This document shows positions 1 to 9,391 of a stretch of DNA of 60,852 bases, one piece after another (the first letter of the stretch is position 1; each line of letters opens with the position of its first letter). Both the position numbers and the translations under genes were made by a program. Origin of the DNA: an uncultured delta proteobacterium (GTDB taxonomy: Bacteria; Desulfobacterota; Desulfobacteria; Desulfobacterales; B30-G6); assembly GCA_963823335.1 (NCBI GenBank), contig CAWGLD010000010.1:1-60852 (forward strand), written 5' to 3'. The notes beneath the pieces are model-generated. The model was not told where the DNA came from and made no database searches. It saw nothing but the letters and a program-made list of their open reading frames with translations.

Positions 1-29
1 CAAACAGTAAAGAATAAAGGAGCCTGACC

Positions 30-557
30 ATGCAGATAATGCAACACTCAGCCCATCTGGACCAAATGATTCGTCAGACGCGCGCTCATCACGTAAGTTT
101 AAGCGCCATGGCTGATAGAAAGGCGAACATGATGCTAACCATTGCATCTCTGATGATACCACTTTCCACCGGGTTCCTGTATGACGATCGGTCTCATCTG
201 GCTGCCGTTACCCTGATCGGGTTCTGCGTTCTGACCATACTGATGGCCGCTTTTGCGGCAATGCCAAAAATAAAGACCGGCAAAAAGCTGGACGCAACCC
301 TTGATCCTAAAGAGGTCTCATCGAATATACTGTTTTTTGGAACTTTTACCCGGATGAGCTATGATGAGTATAAAGAGGTCATGGAATCGATGATGAATGA
401 TGCAAACGCCGTTTATGAAACCCAGGTTCGTGAAATATATTCCATGGGACAGTATCTGGCTCAGAAAAAGTACCGGTTTGTCCGGTATTCCTATTTGTCT
501 TTTATTGCAGGGGTCTTAATCAGCTCGTGTATCTACGTTATAGGATCCTATACCTGA
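30..557 (+). CDS. Pycsar-effector-like (PycTM/DUF5706) membrane protein
   Basis: 175 aa; 'LSAMADRKANMML' N-terminal motif, two TM helices, 'SNILFFGTF', C-terminal 'G.YLAQKKYRFVRYSY' plus TM; GGAG RBS. Confidence 0.75.
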   Translation: MQIMQHSAHLDQMIRQTRAHHVSLSAMADRKANMMLTIASLMIPLSTGFLYDDRSHLAAVTLIGFCVLTILMAAFAAMPKIKTGKKLDATLDPKEVSSNILFFGTFTRMSYDEYKEVMESMMNDANAVYETQVREIYSMGQYLAQKKYRFVRYSYLSFIAGVLISSCIYVIGSYT

Positions 558-679
558 CGGTTTCTTAAAAGCCCAACTTCGGCGTTGTGCTGCATTTTGC
601 AATCATTCAACGTACAGGAAGTACGCCTCATGATAGCAAGATTTGCACGCCTTGAATTTGAACTTTTTACATAACCGTC
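556..679. repeat. MITE/REP-like palindromic element
   Basis: Imperfect terminal inverted repeats GACGGTTTCTTAAAAG / CTTTTTACATAACCGTC; internal CGTAC..GTACG hairpin and CGCCTTGAA motif shared with the 11641/50408 elements. Confidence 0.65.
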
Positions 680-863
680 CAATTTGAACCGCAATAGCGA
701 GCGCATTCCCCGTAGCTTGTTGGAGCAAAGCGGAAATCCCGCTTGCGGGGCTGCGAGGAATCTTCAATTTTTTACGAGTTCATCATACCTGAAAGATGTT
801 TAAAAATATCATTCCGGGAGGATTGGATCTTTATCAATACACATGATGGTCGTACTTGTATCA

Positions 864-1667
864 TCATGACACGGCCTGTTTCATGCTCCGCTCTCGAGCC
901 ATCAGTGCAGCGCCCAGCGCCCCGATTGTATCCGGATGCTTGGGAACCGAGATATCCTGACCAAAGGCGGAGCACAATGCCCTCACAACGCCCTGGTTAT
1001 GTGCCACTCCCCCGGACATGGCAATGGAAAGGCCTGTTGTATTCCGGCTGACGCGTTTTACCAGGGCACTGATCCTGGAAGCAATCGCCCGATTCATGCC
1101 GGCGACGATTTCTTTGACCTCTTTCCCGTGGGCAATCAGGGACACCACTTCACTTTCTGCAAATACCGTGCACATGCTGCTCAACGTAAGGTTTTCAATG
1201 GCGCCACGGTCGAGTTCACTTAATTCCGTTATATCCACCTGGAGCGCGCGGGCCATGGCTTCCAGAAATCTTCCTGTTCCGGCGGCGCATTTATCATTCA
1301 TGGCAAAATCTGCCACACGACCTTCTCCATCAAGCCTGATGGCCTTACTGTCCTGACCGCCGATATCGATCAAGATTTGGACATTACCATTCAGGGCTGA
1401 TTTGATACCGCGGGCATGACAGGAAATTTCAGTCACCGCCGCTAGACGGTCGTCCACACGATCACGTCCATATCCTGTGGAAACCGTAGCTTGAATTTGC
1501 TCGCTGGAGATCCCTGCTTTCAGAATCACTGCGTTCCTGACGGCCGCTATGGCCTCCTGGTTCCTTGCTCCGGTTGGGACGACTGCCTCGGCCAGTACTT
1601 GATTGTTGTGATCCAGCAATACCGCGTCACAGGATAAGCTGCCGATATCGATTCCCAGGTAGAACAT
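864..1667 (-). CDS. hgdC: 2-hydroxyacyl-CoA dehydratase activator (HgdC/BadG-type ASKHA ATPase, [4Fe-4S])
   Basis: GIDIGS, STGYGR, EISCH, IDIGGQDSK, MNDKCAAGTGRFLE, CTVFAESE motifs. Confidence 0.93.
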   Translation of the reverse strand: MFYLGIDIGSLSCDAVLLDHNNQVLAEAVVPTGARNQEAIAAVRNAVILKAGISSEQIQATVSTGYGRDRVDDRLAAVTEISCHARGIKSALNGNVQILIDIGGQDSKAIRLDGEGRVADFAMNDKCAAGTGRFLEAMARALQVDITELSELDRGAIENLTLSSMCTVFAESEVVSLIAHGKEVKEIVAGMNRAIASRISALVKRVSRNTTGLSIAMSGGVAHNQGVVRALCSAFGQDISVPKHPDTIGALGAALMARERSMKQAVS

Positions 1668-1706
1668 GTTTTGATTTCCTTCCTGTATTCGGATAGATTT
1701 AGAGTT

Positions 1707-2927
1707 TTATAAGCGACTTTCGAGCATTTCCATGAAAGCTTCCAGACGGGTTCGGAGTTGTCCTTCGGAAAAATTGCGCGGATCCACGCAATCGACCTCC
1801 AGATTGAGCACAGGCACGCCAACCGCATTCAATCCTTCGCTGATGAGACCCCTGGCACCCGTACCCTGACGGCAGCCCCAGTGGCAGGGGTTGATGGCGC
1901 CATGCACCTGGTATTCCCGGGCCAGTTTCTGCAGACTCTGGATGCGCTGATGGATTTCGCCGTTAAACGGGATTGACATGGCTCTTTGGGCAAAACCGAT
2001 GAAAGGATCCTGGGGATCGATGGGATCCCAGGTAATATCGTTAAGTTCATCACTGACAATGACAGCCTGATATTCTTTCTCCAGAAACGTAACCAGTGGA
2101 TTTTTAAACTGGACCCGATTTTGAATCCACAACAGCCGAAACCTTTCGCCCTTCACCCCACCCACACCTTTTTCTACCCGGTATTTGAATTCATCCCGAT
2201 AGGCCCGGCTTACAGCGACAGCCCCTGGCGTGCCTAACAGCAGGGCCATGACGATACCGAAATTGCTGAGCAGTTTCCCGTCTACCGGAGAAGGAATCTG
2301 CCGGGCATATTGGTAAGTTTCTTTCATCAGCTCACGCGCATGATTGGTATATGAGATAGCCTCCTGCAAGCGATCTTCATCCAGGGATGCACCGGTGTGA
2401 TCCGATACAAACCGGCCCAGCAATTCCATCTGATGGGCCAGGTAATTGACGTTTTTTTTAGAAGATATCTGGGGAACGTTCAGCACAAAAAGATCTTTGT
2501 CAAAATCGTGGGCCAGGCTTTCCATGACAGCTAGCCCACCGCTGCAGGGGCAGGTTGTTCCCACCAGAAAGTCCGGTTTCGGCATGATGCCTTTAAGGTT
2601 GGCGCCGATTACCGAACGGTGATAACCGCAGGTGTCGCCGCCAAATCCGGCATGTTCCGCGGTTTCAAGAAACGAGTCCACCACTCCGGTAGATGCCAAC
2701 ATGGCACCGATAAACTCGACAAAACAAGAGGTTACGCCCATGGCCGCCAGCAGATCAAACGGGGCCACGATGCCGCACCATGCAATCCGGTCCTGGCCCG
2801 AATAGAGACGCTTACCAAGTCTGGCCACTTCCAGAGCATACATTTTCCGGGGACTCATGTTTTCCGGGTTGTCCCTCAGGCTGGCTTCTATACCCATGAC
2901 CAAATCGTCAAAATACTGCTGCATCAT
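1707..2927 (-). CDS. 2-hydroxyacyl-CoA dehydratase subunit (HgdA/B, FldB/C family)
   Basis: 'DTCGYHR', 'TTCPC', 'CHWGCRQ', C-terminal 'GQLRTRLEAFME'. Confidence 0.88.
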   Translation of the reverse strand: MMQQYFDDLVMGIEASLRDNPENMSPRKMYALEVARLGKRLYSGQDRIAWCGIVAPFDLLAAMGVTSCFVEFIGAMLASTGVVDSFLETAEHAGFGGDTCGYHRSVIGANLKGIMPKPDFLVGTTCPCSGGLAVMESLAHDFDKDLFVLNVPQISSKKNVNYLAHQMELLGRFVSDHTGASLDEDRLQEAISYTNHARELMKETYQYARQIPSPVDGKLLSNFGIVMALLLGTPGAVAVSRAYRDEFKYRVEKGVGGVKGERFRLLWIQNRVQFKNPLVTFLEKEYQAVIVSDELNDITWDPIDPQDPFIGFAQRAMSIPFNGEIHQRIQSLQKLAREYQVHGAINPCHWGCRQGTGARGLISEGLNAVGVPVLNLEVDCVDPRNFSEGQLRTRLEAFMEMLESRL

Positions 2928-2931
2928 TTTA

Positions 2932-3990
2932 TCACCTCAACATTTCTATGAAGGCTTCGATACGGGTCCGCTGCTGGCCGATGGAACCCAGGGATAAGTC
3001 TCCTTCCAGCAGAAGAAGCGCAACCGCCTCATCTCTGAACAGGTTACGAACTTGCGGTAACCGGGCCAGGTAAGGGTCGCAAAACTTGAGGGTATGTCCG
3101 ATCACCCCTCGTGCGTTGCAGGCTTTGGCATTTGCCAGTATGTCAGCTGCCATGCTCCCCGGTCGTTTGCAGTCAAAGGTTCTAGCGCATGGCGGTTGTG
3201 AAAGAAGACAACGGGCCATTTCCAAATAAATGTCTTCTGATGGTTGCATGTCAATGGGAGAAAACATGCGCGAACCCGTACAGAAATCATCTCCAACCAC
3301 ATGGGCACCGCAGGATGCAAAAAGGGAATAAGCTTCCGGATCGACCAGGACATTTCCAAAGAGATAAATGGGTACGCCGTTCTTGTCCTTGGTTTTCAAT
3401 GCGGGATCCGCTATCTCTTTTTCCAGGGCGTTCAATGTGGTCTGGAAACCATGGGTTGCGGCCAGGTTGTACAGTTCCTGCAATCTGGGACGCCCCCCCT
3501 TTAACTCCCCATGCCGGGTCTGTTCACGCAAATTTGACAGCTGGGCAGCCACGTGGTTATAGGTATGAGCGCTTTTTTCAATGTCAAACGGTTGAATCGT
3601 ATTACCGCCCCAGCGTTGCAGTTCATGGACGAGTCGAGTGAGCTCGCCGGCCAGAAAAGCCACAGCCGCTGTATCCGATGTGGCGGGGAGATCCATGATA
3701 AATACGGGCTCATCCGGTCGTAAGGTGCGCCAGGCATCGGCTGCACGGCGCATGGCGTCACAACTATTGGTAAAAAGCATACCTGCCATGGTTGGGAGAT
3801 CTCTGTCCAGCGCCCGATCCAATATCCGTTTTACATGGGGGCACAGATTGTCGTGCAGCAGATGCCCGGACTGGTCCGGCCAGTCTCCCATGGGCAGAAT
3901 TCGATAATGGTCAAAGCCTGCGGCATCGATCAAAATCAGCGGCGTGTAGGCACAGGCAAAACCTACCCGGGGAGTGTTGTCCTGTTTCAT
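2932..3990 (-). CDS. 2-hydroxyacyl-CoA dehydratase subunit
   Basis: 'NLCPHVK', 'NSCDAMRR', 'DDFCTGSR', 'LKFCDP', 'QRTRIEAFIE'. Confidence 0.88.
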   Translation of the reverse strand: MKQDNTPRVGFACAYTPLILIDAAGFDHYRILPMGDWPDQSGHLLHDNLCPHVKRILDRALDRDLPTMAGMLFTNSCDAMRRAADAWRTLRPDEPVFIMDLPATSDTAAVAFLAGELTRLVHELQRWGGNTIQPFDIEKSAHTYNHVAAQLSNLREQTRHGELKGGRPRLQELYNLAATHGFQTTLNALEKEIADPALKTKDKNGVPIYLFGNVLVDPEAYSLFASCGAHVVGDDFCTGSRMFSPIDMQPSEDIYLEMARCLLSQPPCARTFDCKRPGSMAADILANAKACNARGVIGHTLKFCDPYLARLPQVRNLFRDEAVALLLLEGDLSLGSIGQQRTRIEAFIEMLR

Positions 3991-4454
3991 GATTCGTTTC
4001 CTTTCTGTGCATTGGTCAAAACACGCTGCAACGTATCCTTGGTATTGTGGATCTCCTTTTCAGATATCCCCTTGAAAACCCCGGCCAGGACCTCGTCCAC
4101 AGCATGCAGAACCGAAATTTTCACCTTGCGTCCGGTTGCAGTTAGATAGATGCGCTGTGCCCGGCGATCGGAAGGATCGGCTTCGCGATACAGGAGTTCG
4201 TCGCGTTCCATACGATCCAGCAGCCCCGTCATAGTGGAAGGCTCCAGACCTGACTTCTTGCCCAGATCGATGACTTTGAGCCCGTCCTCACGCCACAGTG
4301 TCATCAGCACACCCAGGTAAGCCGGTTTGACTGCATTCACTCCGGCATCAGCAAAACCCTTTTTGAGAGCAGAGGTCACGAATAAGGTGACACGGGAAAT
4401 AAGATAATAAGGACAATCAATGGGATTTGTATCAATCATGAGAATTAACTCCAA
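3987..4454 (-). CDS. MarR family transcriptional regulator
   Basis: wHTH with 'STMTGLLDRME...DPSDRRAQRIYLT'; ATGA overlap with the downstream gene. Confidence 0.9.
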   Translation of the reverse strand: MELILMIDTNPIDCPYYLISRVTLFVTSALKKGFADAGVNAVKPAYLGVLMTLWREDGLKVIDLGKKSGLEPSTMTGLLDRMERDELLYREADPSDRRAQRIYLTATGRKVKISVLHAVDEVLAGVFKGISEKEIHNTKDTLQRVLTNAQKGNES

Positions 4455-4495
4455 CTTAGGCCCAAATAGGTTTGATGCGGATTGTATTGATCAAA

Positions 4496-4523
4496 ATATT
4501 ACGTATGCATAATATATTGTCAA
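4496..4523 (-). promoter_or_regulatory. Probable MarR operator overlapping a sigma70 promoter
   Basis: Imperfect palindrome ATATTA-cgtatgca-TAATAT (4496-4515) next to TTGACA on the minus strand (4518-4523). Confidence 0.5.
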
Positions 4524-4621
4524 GAATAAAATCATTTCGGGAGTTGTTTTATAGCAGAATATTTTTGGCAGGACGTTTACAGGAACATTTCATGAAACTT
4601 GAAGAAGAATTTTCACTTGCT

Positions 4622-6307
4622 CTACCCACCCTCTTCTACAGGTTTGAATTTCACACCCACAAGGGTTGCTAAGATCACCAGAGCTGTTGAGATGAATATC
4701 ATCATGATACCCAGGGCGGACAGCTGGCCCCACAAGCCATCCTCGGCAAAACGGAAGATCTGGACTGCTATCACTTCGGTGCCCGGTCGTGAGAGCACCA
4801 CAGACAGGGTCAGTTCCCGGACAAACATGGTGGCCATGAGTATCCATCCGGAGACGATGCCTGGAATGAGCAAAGGGATGACGATGCGGCGCATGGTCGT
4901 GAAGGGGCCTGCCCCACAGACCTGTGAAGACTCCTCCAGATGGCTGTGAACCTGGATGAAGGCACTGGTCAAGGGCCGGACACCATAGGGCAGGTAGGTG
5001 GCGATATAACCGATGAGCAGGGCCCAGATGGTTGCGTACAAGGGGGTTCGTACAAAGAACCACATGAAACCCACACCAATGACGATTCCCGGAAAGGAAA
5101 AGGATAGAAAAGAGAGAGACTCAAGAATGCCGGAGGCATGAGAGCGGACCTTGACGATAACATAGGCTACGAAGATGGACAGCGTTACTCCTATGGTTGC
5201 GCCCACCACACCGAGAAACACACTGTTTTTCAGGGACAATAGTGAAATCGGGTCGTTTATCACCTCGATCCAATGCTGCCAGCTCATCATGGAAAAGGCC
5301 TTGGCGCTGGGGATCATGGAATAGGGCACCAGTGATGTGTAAAACAGCACCAGTACGGGCAGGACGATGAGGACCATGGACAGGATACCCACAACACCGA
5401 AGAGGGGATATTTGGCCCCCCTGAGTTCGATGACGCTGGGCCGGTAACCACGGCTGGAGATGGTGACGTATTTTTCCCCTTCCGAGGTCAGGTAGCGGTA
5501 GATGTAAATCAGTGTGATGGAGGTTGCCAGTACACTCATGCCGATGGCGGCTGCCTTGCCGAAATCGGCTGCAAAGCCGGTGGCGATGGACTGGTAGATG
5601 TGCGTGGCCAGAACATAAATCCGTCCGGGCATGCCGATGACCGATGGTACGGCAAAGGAGGCCAGGCTGCGAACCAGGGACAGGATAAAGGCGGCCAGGA
5701 TGGCAGGCCTCAGAACGGGCAGGGTCACGCGGAATAGGGTACGCAAAGTGGTGCCCCCGCAAACTTTGGAAGACTCCTCCAGTGCGATGTCAAAGGAAGC
5801 CATGGCCGGAGCAAGGATGAGATAGGCAATGGGCAGATCCAGGAGTCCCTCCACAAGGATCATCCCCGGCAGGGAATAGATATTGATAGCCAGATCCTCA
5901 AACCCGGGGATCTGCCGGAGAAACAGGTTGATGAGTCCGTTGGACGGGTTCAGAAGGAGCACCCAGCTGACGGAAAAGAGGATGTGCGGGATCATCATGG
6001 GGATGATGGAGATGATTCTGAACATAAATTTGAAAGGGATGTCCGTACGTGTGTTCAGGTAGGCCAGAAGAAGGGCCAGACCTGTGGCCACCATGGAGGA
6101 CCCGAGCACAAAAATGATCGTATTGACGATGATCCCAGCTAGTTCGGGGTCGGTGTATCCCAGGATATATTTGTCCAGGGTGAATTTTCCGAAAGCTCCC
6201 AGTCCCGTGGAAAAGCTCCCGAAGATCAGCATGACGACGGGACACACGGTCAGAAAGCCAACAATGGCTATCAGAGTGGGTGTCAAGACCGATCGTTTGT
6301 TGACCAT
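4622..6307 (-). CDS. Fe3+/AfuB(FbpB)-type ABC transporter permease (two fused TM domains)
   Basis: 561 aa, about 12 TM helices, two EAA-like loops ('LEESSKVCGG', 'LEESSQVCGA'). Confidence 0.88.
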   Translation of the reverse strand: MVNKRSVLTPTLIAIVGFLTVCPVVMLIFGSFSTGLGAFGKFTLDKYILGYTDPELAGIIVNTIIFVLGSSMVATGLALLLAYLNTRTDIPFKFMFRIISIIPMMIPHILFSVSWVLLLNPSNGLINLFLRQIPGFEDLAINIYSLPGMILVEGLLDLPIAYLILAPAMASFDIALEESSKVCGGTTLRTLFRVTLPVLRPAILAAFILSLVRSLASFAVPSVIGMPGRIYVLATHIYQSIATGFAADFGKAAAIGMSVLATSITLIYIYRYLTSEGEKYVTISSRGYRPSVIELRGAKYPLFGVVGILSMVLIVLPVLVLFYTSLVPYSMIPSAKAFSMMSWQHWIEVINDPISLLSLKNSVFLGVVGATIGVTLSIFVAYVIVKVRSHASGILESLSFLSFSFPGIVIGVGFMWFFVRTPLYATIWALLIGYIATYLPYGVRPLTSAFIQVHSHLEESSQVCGAGPFTTMRRIVIPLLIPGIVSGWILMATMFVRELTLSVVLSRPGTEVIAVQIFRFAEDGLWGQLSALGIMMIFISTALVILATLVGVKFKPVEEGG

Positions 6308-6322
6308 GCTTCTTTTCCTTTT

Positions 6323-7411
6323 TTACCTGGTGACCAGCAGGCAATGGTCCGGGTCAACCGTAAAGTTGGCACTATCCCCCACCTTGATATCAGAGTCCGG
6401 CTCGGTCTTGATGAAGAGCCGTGATTCCTGAATAGTGATCTCTCCTTCGAATGCTTCACCGATGAAAACCAGTGAATCGATTTTTCCGTTGAAGACATTC
6501 TGCGCCTGACTCGCGTCGCCCCGCTTCAGGCGAATGAATTCAGGGCGCAGGCAGAGTGTCGCCTTGTCGCCGGGTTTCATGTCTTCCTTCTTACGGCAGG
6601 ACACGCTCCCGATGGCACAGTCCACAGTGGTTACGGAGTTCTCCTGGGATGTCACTGTGGCCTCGATCAGGTTGGTGCGTCCGATAAAGTCAACCACAAA
6701 GCGGTGCTCGGCCTTAAAGTAAATGTCCCGTGGTTTGCCTGTTTCGACAATCATTCCTTTGTTCATCACCGCAACGATGTCGGACAGGGACAAGGCCTCG
6801 ATTCTATCATGGGTCACATAGATGGCGGTAATCTGAAGTTCGGTCAGAAAGACACGCAGATCTTTGCGGGTTTCTTCCCTGAGTTTTGCATCCAGGTTGG
6901 AGAGGGGCTCGTCAAACAGGATGACCTTGGGTTCGGCCACCAGTGCCCGGGCCAGGGCCACGCGCTGCTGCTGCCCGCCGGAAAGCTTGGTTGCAGGACG
7001 GTTCTCAAACCCTTCCAGCTGTACGAAGCGCAGGGTCTTTTCAACCTTACTGCGGATGATGTCCCTGGGCACTTTACGGGTCTGAAGAGGGTAGGCGACG
7101 TTGTTGAAGACATTCATATGAGGCCAGATGGCATAGGTTTGAAAGACCATACCAAGACCCCGGTTTTCCGTGGGTACGAAGATATCCTTTTCAGTGGACA
7201 GGACCACTTCACCACCGATTTCGATTTCACCGGTGTCCGGGGTTTCCAGACCGACGATGCAACGTAAGAGGGTGGTTTTACCGCACCCGCTAGGGCCCAG
7301 AAGGGTGAATATCTGGTTAGCCGGGATAGCCAGGTTTACGTTATCCAGGGCCTTGATGGTCTTACCGCCGGAGTAATAATACTTGCTGACGTTTTTGATT
7401 TTGATATCCAT
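6323..7411 (-). CDS. ABC transporter ATP-binding protein (FbpC/PotA family, TOBE domain)
   Basis: GPSGCGKT, LSGGQQQRVALAR, DEPLSNLDAKLR. Confidence 0.93.
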   Translation of the reverse strand: MDIKIKNVSKYYYSGGKTIKALDNVNLAIPANQIFTLLGPSGCGKTTLLRCIVGLETPDTGEIEIGGEVVLSTEKDIFVPTENRGLGMVFQTYAIWPHMNVFNNVAYPLQTRKVPRDIIRSKVEKTLRFVQLEGFENRPATKLSGGQQQRVALARALVAEPKVILFDEPLSNLDAKLREETRKDLRVFLTELQITAIYVTHDRIEALSLSDIVAVMNKGMIVETGKPRDIYFKAEHRFVVDFIGRTNLIEATVTSQENSVTTVDCAIGSVSCRKKEDMKPGDKATLCLRPEFIRLKRGDASQAQNVFNGKIDSLVFIGEAFEGEITIQESRLFIKTEPDSDIKVGDSANFTVDPDHCLLVTR

Positions 7412-7432
7412 AAAATCGTTCCTGCGAGTTTA

Positions 7433-8428
7433 TTACAGTTCAAATATTTTCTTGAACATGGCTCCATAACTGCTGATTTCATCGTCGGACAAAGTGCGAA
7501 TGGGTATAACCTTGGCCTTGTCCATGCCGTCTATGGGTGGGAACACGCCTGGAGCCAGGACATATTCACCGACCTCCGTGGCCAGTTTGCCCATGGCCTG
7601 CTCGGTCAGCCAGAAGTCCATGAACAGCTTTGCCGCATTGGGATTCTTGGCACTGGCGGAAATGGCCATACCACGTGGCGTTCCCATGAGGGGCTGCTCT
7701 ACCCTAGCCCAATCAAGGGGGGCCGGGGCCTTGGTGATGATGTACTTGGGCATGGAGATGGCGATGGATTTTTCACCGCTCTCAACGGGTGCCGGGGTGG
7801 GACCAAAAGAACTGACGAGCATGGGTCTGTTGGCCGCGAGTCCTTTGAGAAACTGCATCCAGTCGGTTTCGGAGGTGAAGACATTTTCCTTCAGTCCTAC
7901 CAGCCATGAAATGGTTGTCGCATGGCTTCCCGGGTTTGCCATGACGATTTTGTCCTTCCATTTGGGATCTGTCAGATCTTCATAGCGTTTAGGGACATCG
8001 GCAGGCTTGACGAGTTCTTTGTTGTAGATCAGACCCACATATTCGATGCCGAAAGTCTGGATCGCGTCATCCTTACGAGTCCAGGCTGGGTAACCGGCCG
8101 CGGCCGGGGATGTGTAAGCTGCCAACACTCCCTGGTCCTTCAGAAGCTCCATGACCGGCAATGGTGCTTGCAACACATCGGCCATGAGTTTGCCGGCCTG
8201 AAACTCGGTCAGCACTGTGGGCAGGAATTTGGAAGTGGAGATGCGTGTATACTTGCCCGTAAGACCGGTTTGGGCGTTGAACACATCCATGATGGGCTGG
8301 ATAGCAGTCATGTTGGCGTAAAATAACACCTGCCCTTCAACCTTGGCCTTCTGGAGAAGATCGGAATCCGCGGCAAACGCCGAGGGTACCAGGATTAGAG
8401 CCGATAAAATAATCAATAGTCTTTTCAT
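7433..8428 (-). CDS. ABC transporter periplasmic substrate-binding protein (AfuA/FbpA-like)
   Basis: Signal peptide 'MKRLLIILSALILVPSAFA'; 'YNKELV...P..YEDLTDPKWK', 'AKNPNAAKLFMDF'; AGGAGG RBS. Confidence 0.85.
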   Translation of the reverse strand: MKRLLIILSALILVPSAFAADSDLLQKAKVEGQVLFYANMTAIQPIMDVFNAQTGLTGKYTRISTSKFLPTVLTEFQAGKLMADVLQAPLPVMELLKDQGVLAAYTSPAAAGYPAWTRKDDAIQTFGIEYVGLIYNKELVKPADVPKRYEDLTDPKWKDKIVMANPGSHATTISWLVGLKENVFTSETDWMQFLKGLAANRPMLVSSFGPTPAPVESGEKSIAISMPKYIITKAPAPLDWARVEQPLMGTPRGMAISASAKNPNAAKLFMDFWLTEQAMGKLATEVGEYVLAPGVFPPIDGMDKAKVIPIRTLSDDEISSYGAMFKKIFEL

Positions 8429-8616
8429 GGGTAAACCTCCTTTGAAATGATTTTTCCCCTTTTATTTGGGGAGCGAAGGGGCGATTCCATTCGCTGGGTC
8501 GAACATTTTCGTCCTAGAGCGGAGCTACAGAGTCAGGATAGTACATAAAAAGCAAGGAACTAAATCAGTCCAGGCCAGGAAAGCCTTTTGACCTAAAAAC
8601 GAGATTATTACATGTC

Positions 8617-8661
8617 ATCGTAGTTATTGTACGATTCTATTGAAACAATTTTACAAGTCAA
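8617..8661 (-). promoter_or_regulatory. sigma70 promoter plus palindromic operator for the ABC operon
   Basis: Minus strand TTGACT-16 nt-TAGAAT, overlapped by ATCGTA-N7-TACGAT. Confidence 0.5.
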
Positions 8662-8821
8662 GAAGAAAACAAACGCATAAACCAGTGCAAGACGGGTAGA
8701 CTTTTGTTATGGGTGACATTGTCGCATAAATAACAAATATTACAATTTAATTTGCATACGTTGTTGTAAAAGTGCAGATTGCGCGGCATAATGTTAAAAA
8801 AATAAGCAAAAAGGAGTTATT

Positions 8822-9391
8822 ATGGTGCCGATAGTGATGATAACTGTTTTTGTCCTGTTCGTGTCCGTTGGCTGGTTTATCACGACCTATAATCGGTTTA
8901 TCCGATATAAAAACAGGATTGAGGAAGCATGGAGCGGTATCGATGTCGCATTGAAGCGCCGCTTCAACTTGATTCCCAACCTGGTTCGTGCCGTCGAAGG
9001 ATACAGCGAGCACGAAGCGAAAATTTTTCGGACAAAGAACGATTATCTGACCGGCGCGACCGGCATGTCAGGCCGTGTCGCAGAGGAGAGCCAGATATCC
9101 AAATCACTTCGTGGGCTTTTAGCTTTGGCCGAGGCGTATCCGGATCTCAAAGCAAGTACGAATTTTATGGATCTGCAAAACAATCTGGATGAGGTCGAGG
9201 AAGACATTCAAAAGGCCAGGAATCGATATAACAATTACGTAGCCAGATTCAACATTCTCGTTGAATCGTTTCCTGCCACCTTTATTGCCGGAAAATATGG
9301 ATTTGGAAAGCAAAACTATTTTGCACTTGATCTGGCTACCCAACGGGAACTGCCAGAGCTAGAATTTGCAGCAAAGGAGAGCAGCTTATGA
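8822..9391 (+). CDS. lemA: LemA family protein
   Basis: N-terminal TM; 'YNR...EEAWSGIDVALKRRFNLIPNLV', 'EAYPDLKASTNF', 'FPA'. Confidence 0.93.
   Translation: MVPIVMITVFVLFVSVGWFITTYNRFIRYKNRIEEAWSGIDVALKRRFNLIPNLVRAVEGYSEHEAKIFRTKNDYLTGATGMSGRVAEESQISKSLRGLLALAEAYPDLKASTNFMDLQNNLDEVEEDIQKARNRYNNYVARFNILVESFPATFIAGKYGFGKQNYFALDLATQRELPELEFAAKESSL

Noticed and set aside
686-787. Second repeat-like stretch (AGCGAGCGCATTCCCCGTAG...; partial echo at ~31198-31217)
   Set aside because: Probably another degenerate dispersed repeat, but its boundaries cannot be defined from this window
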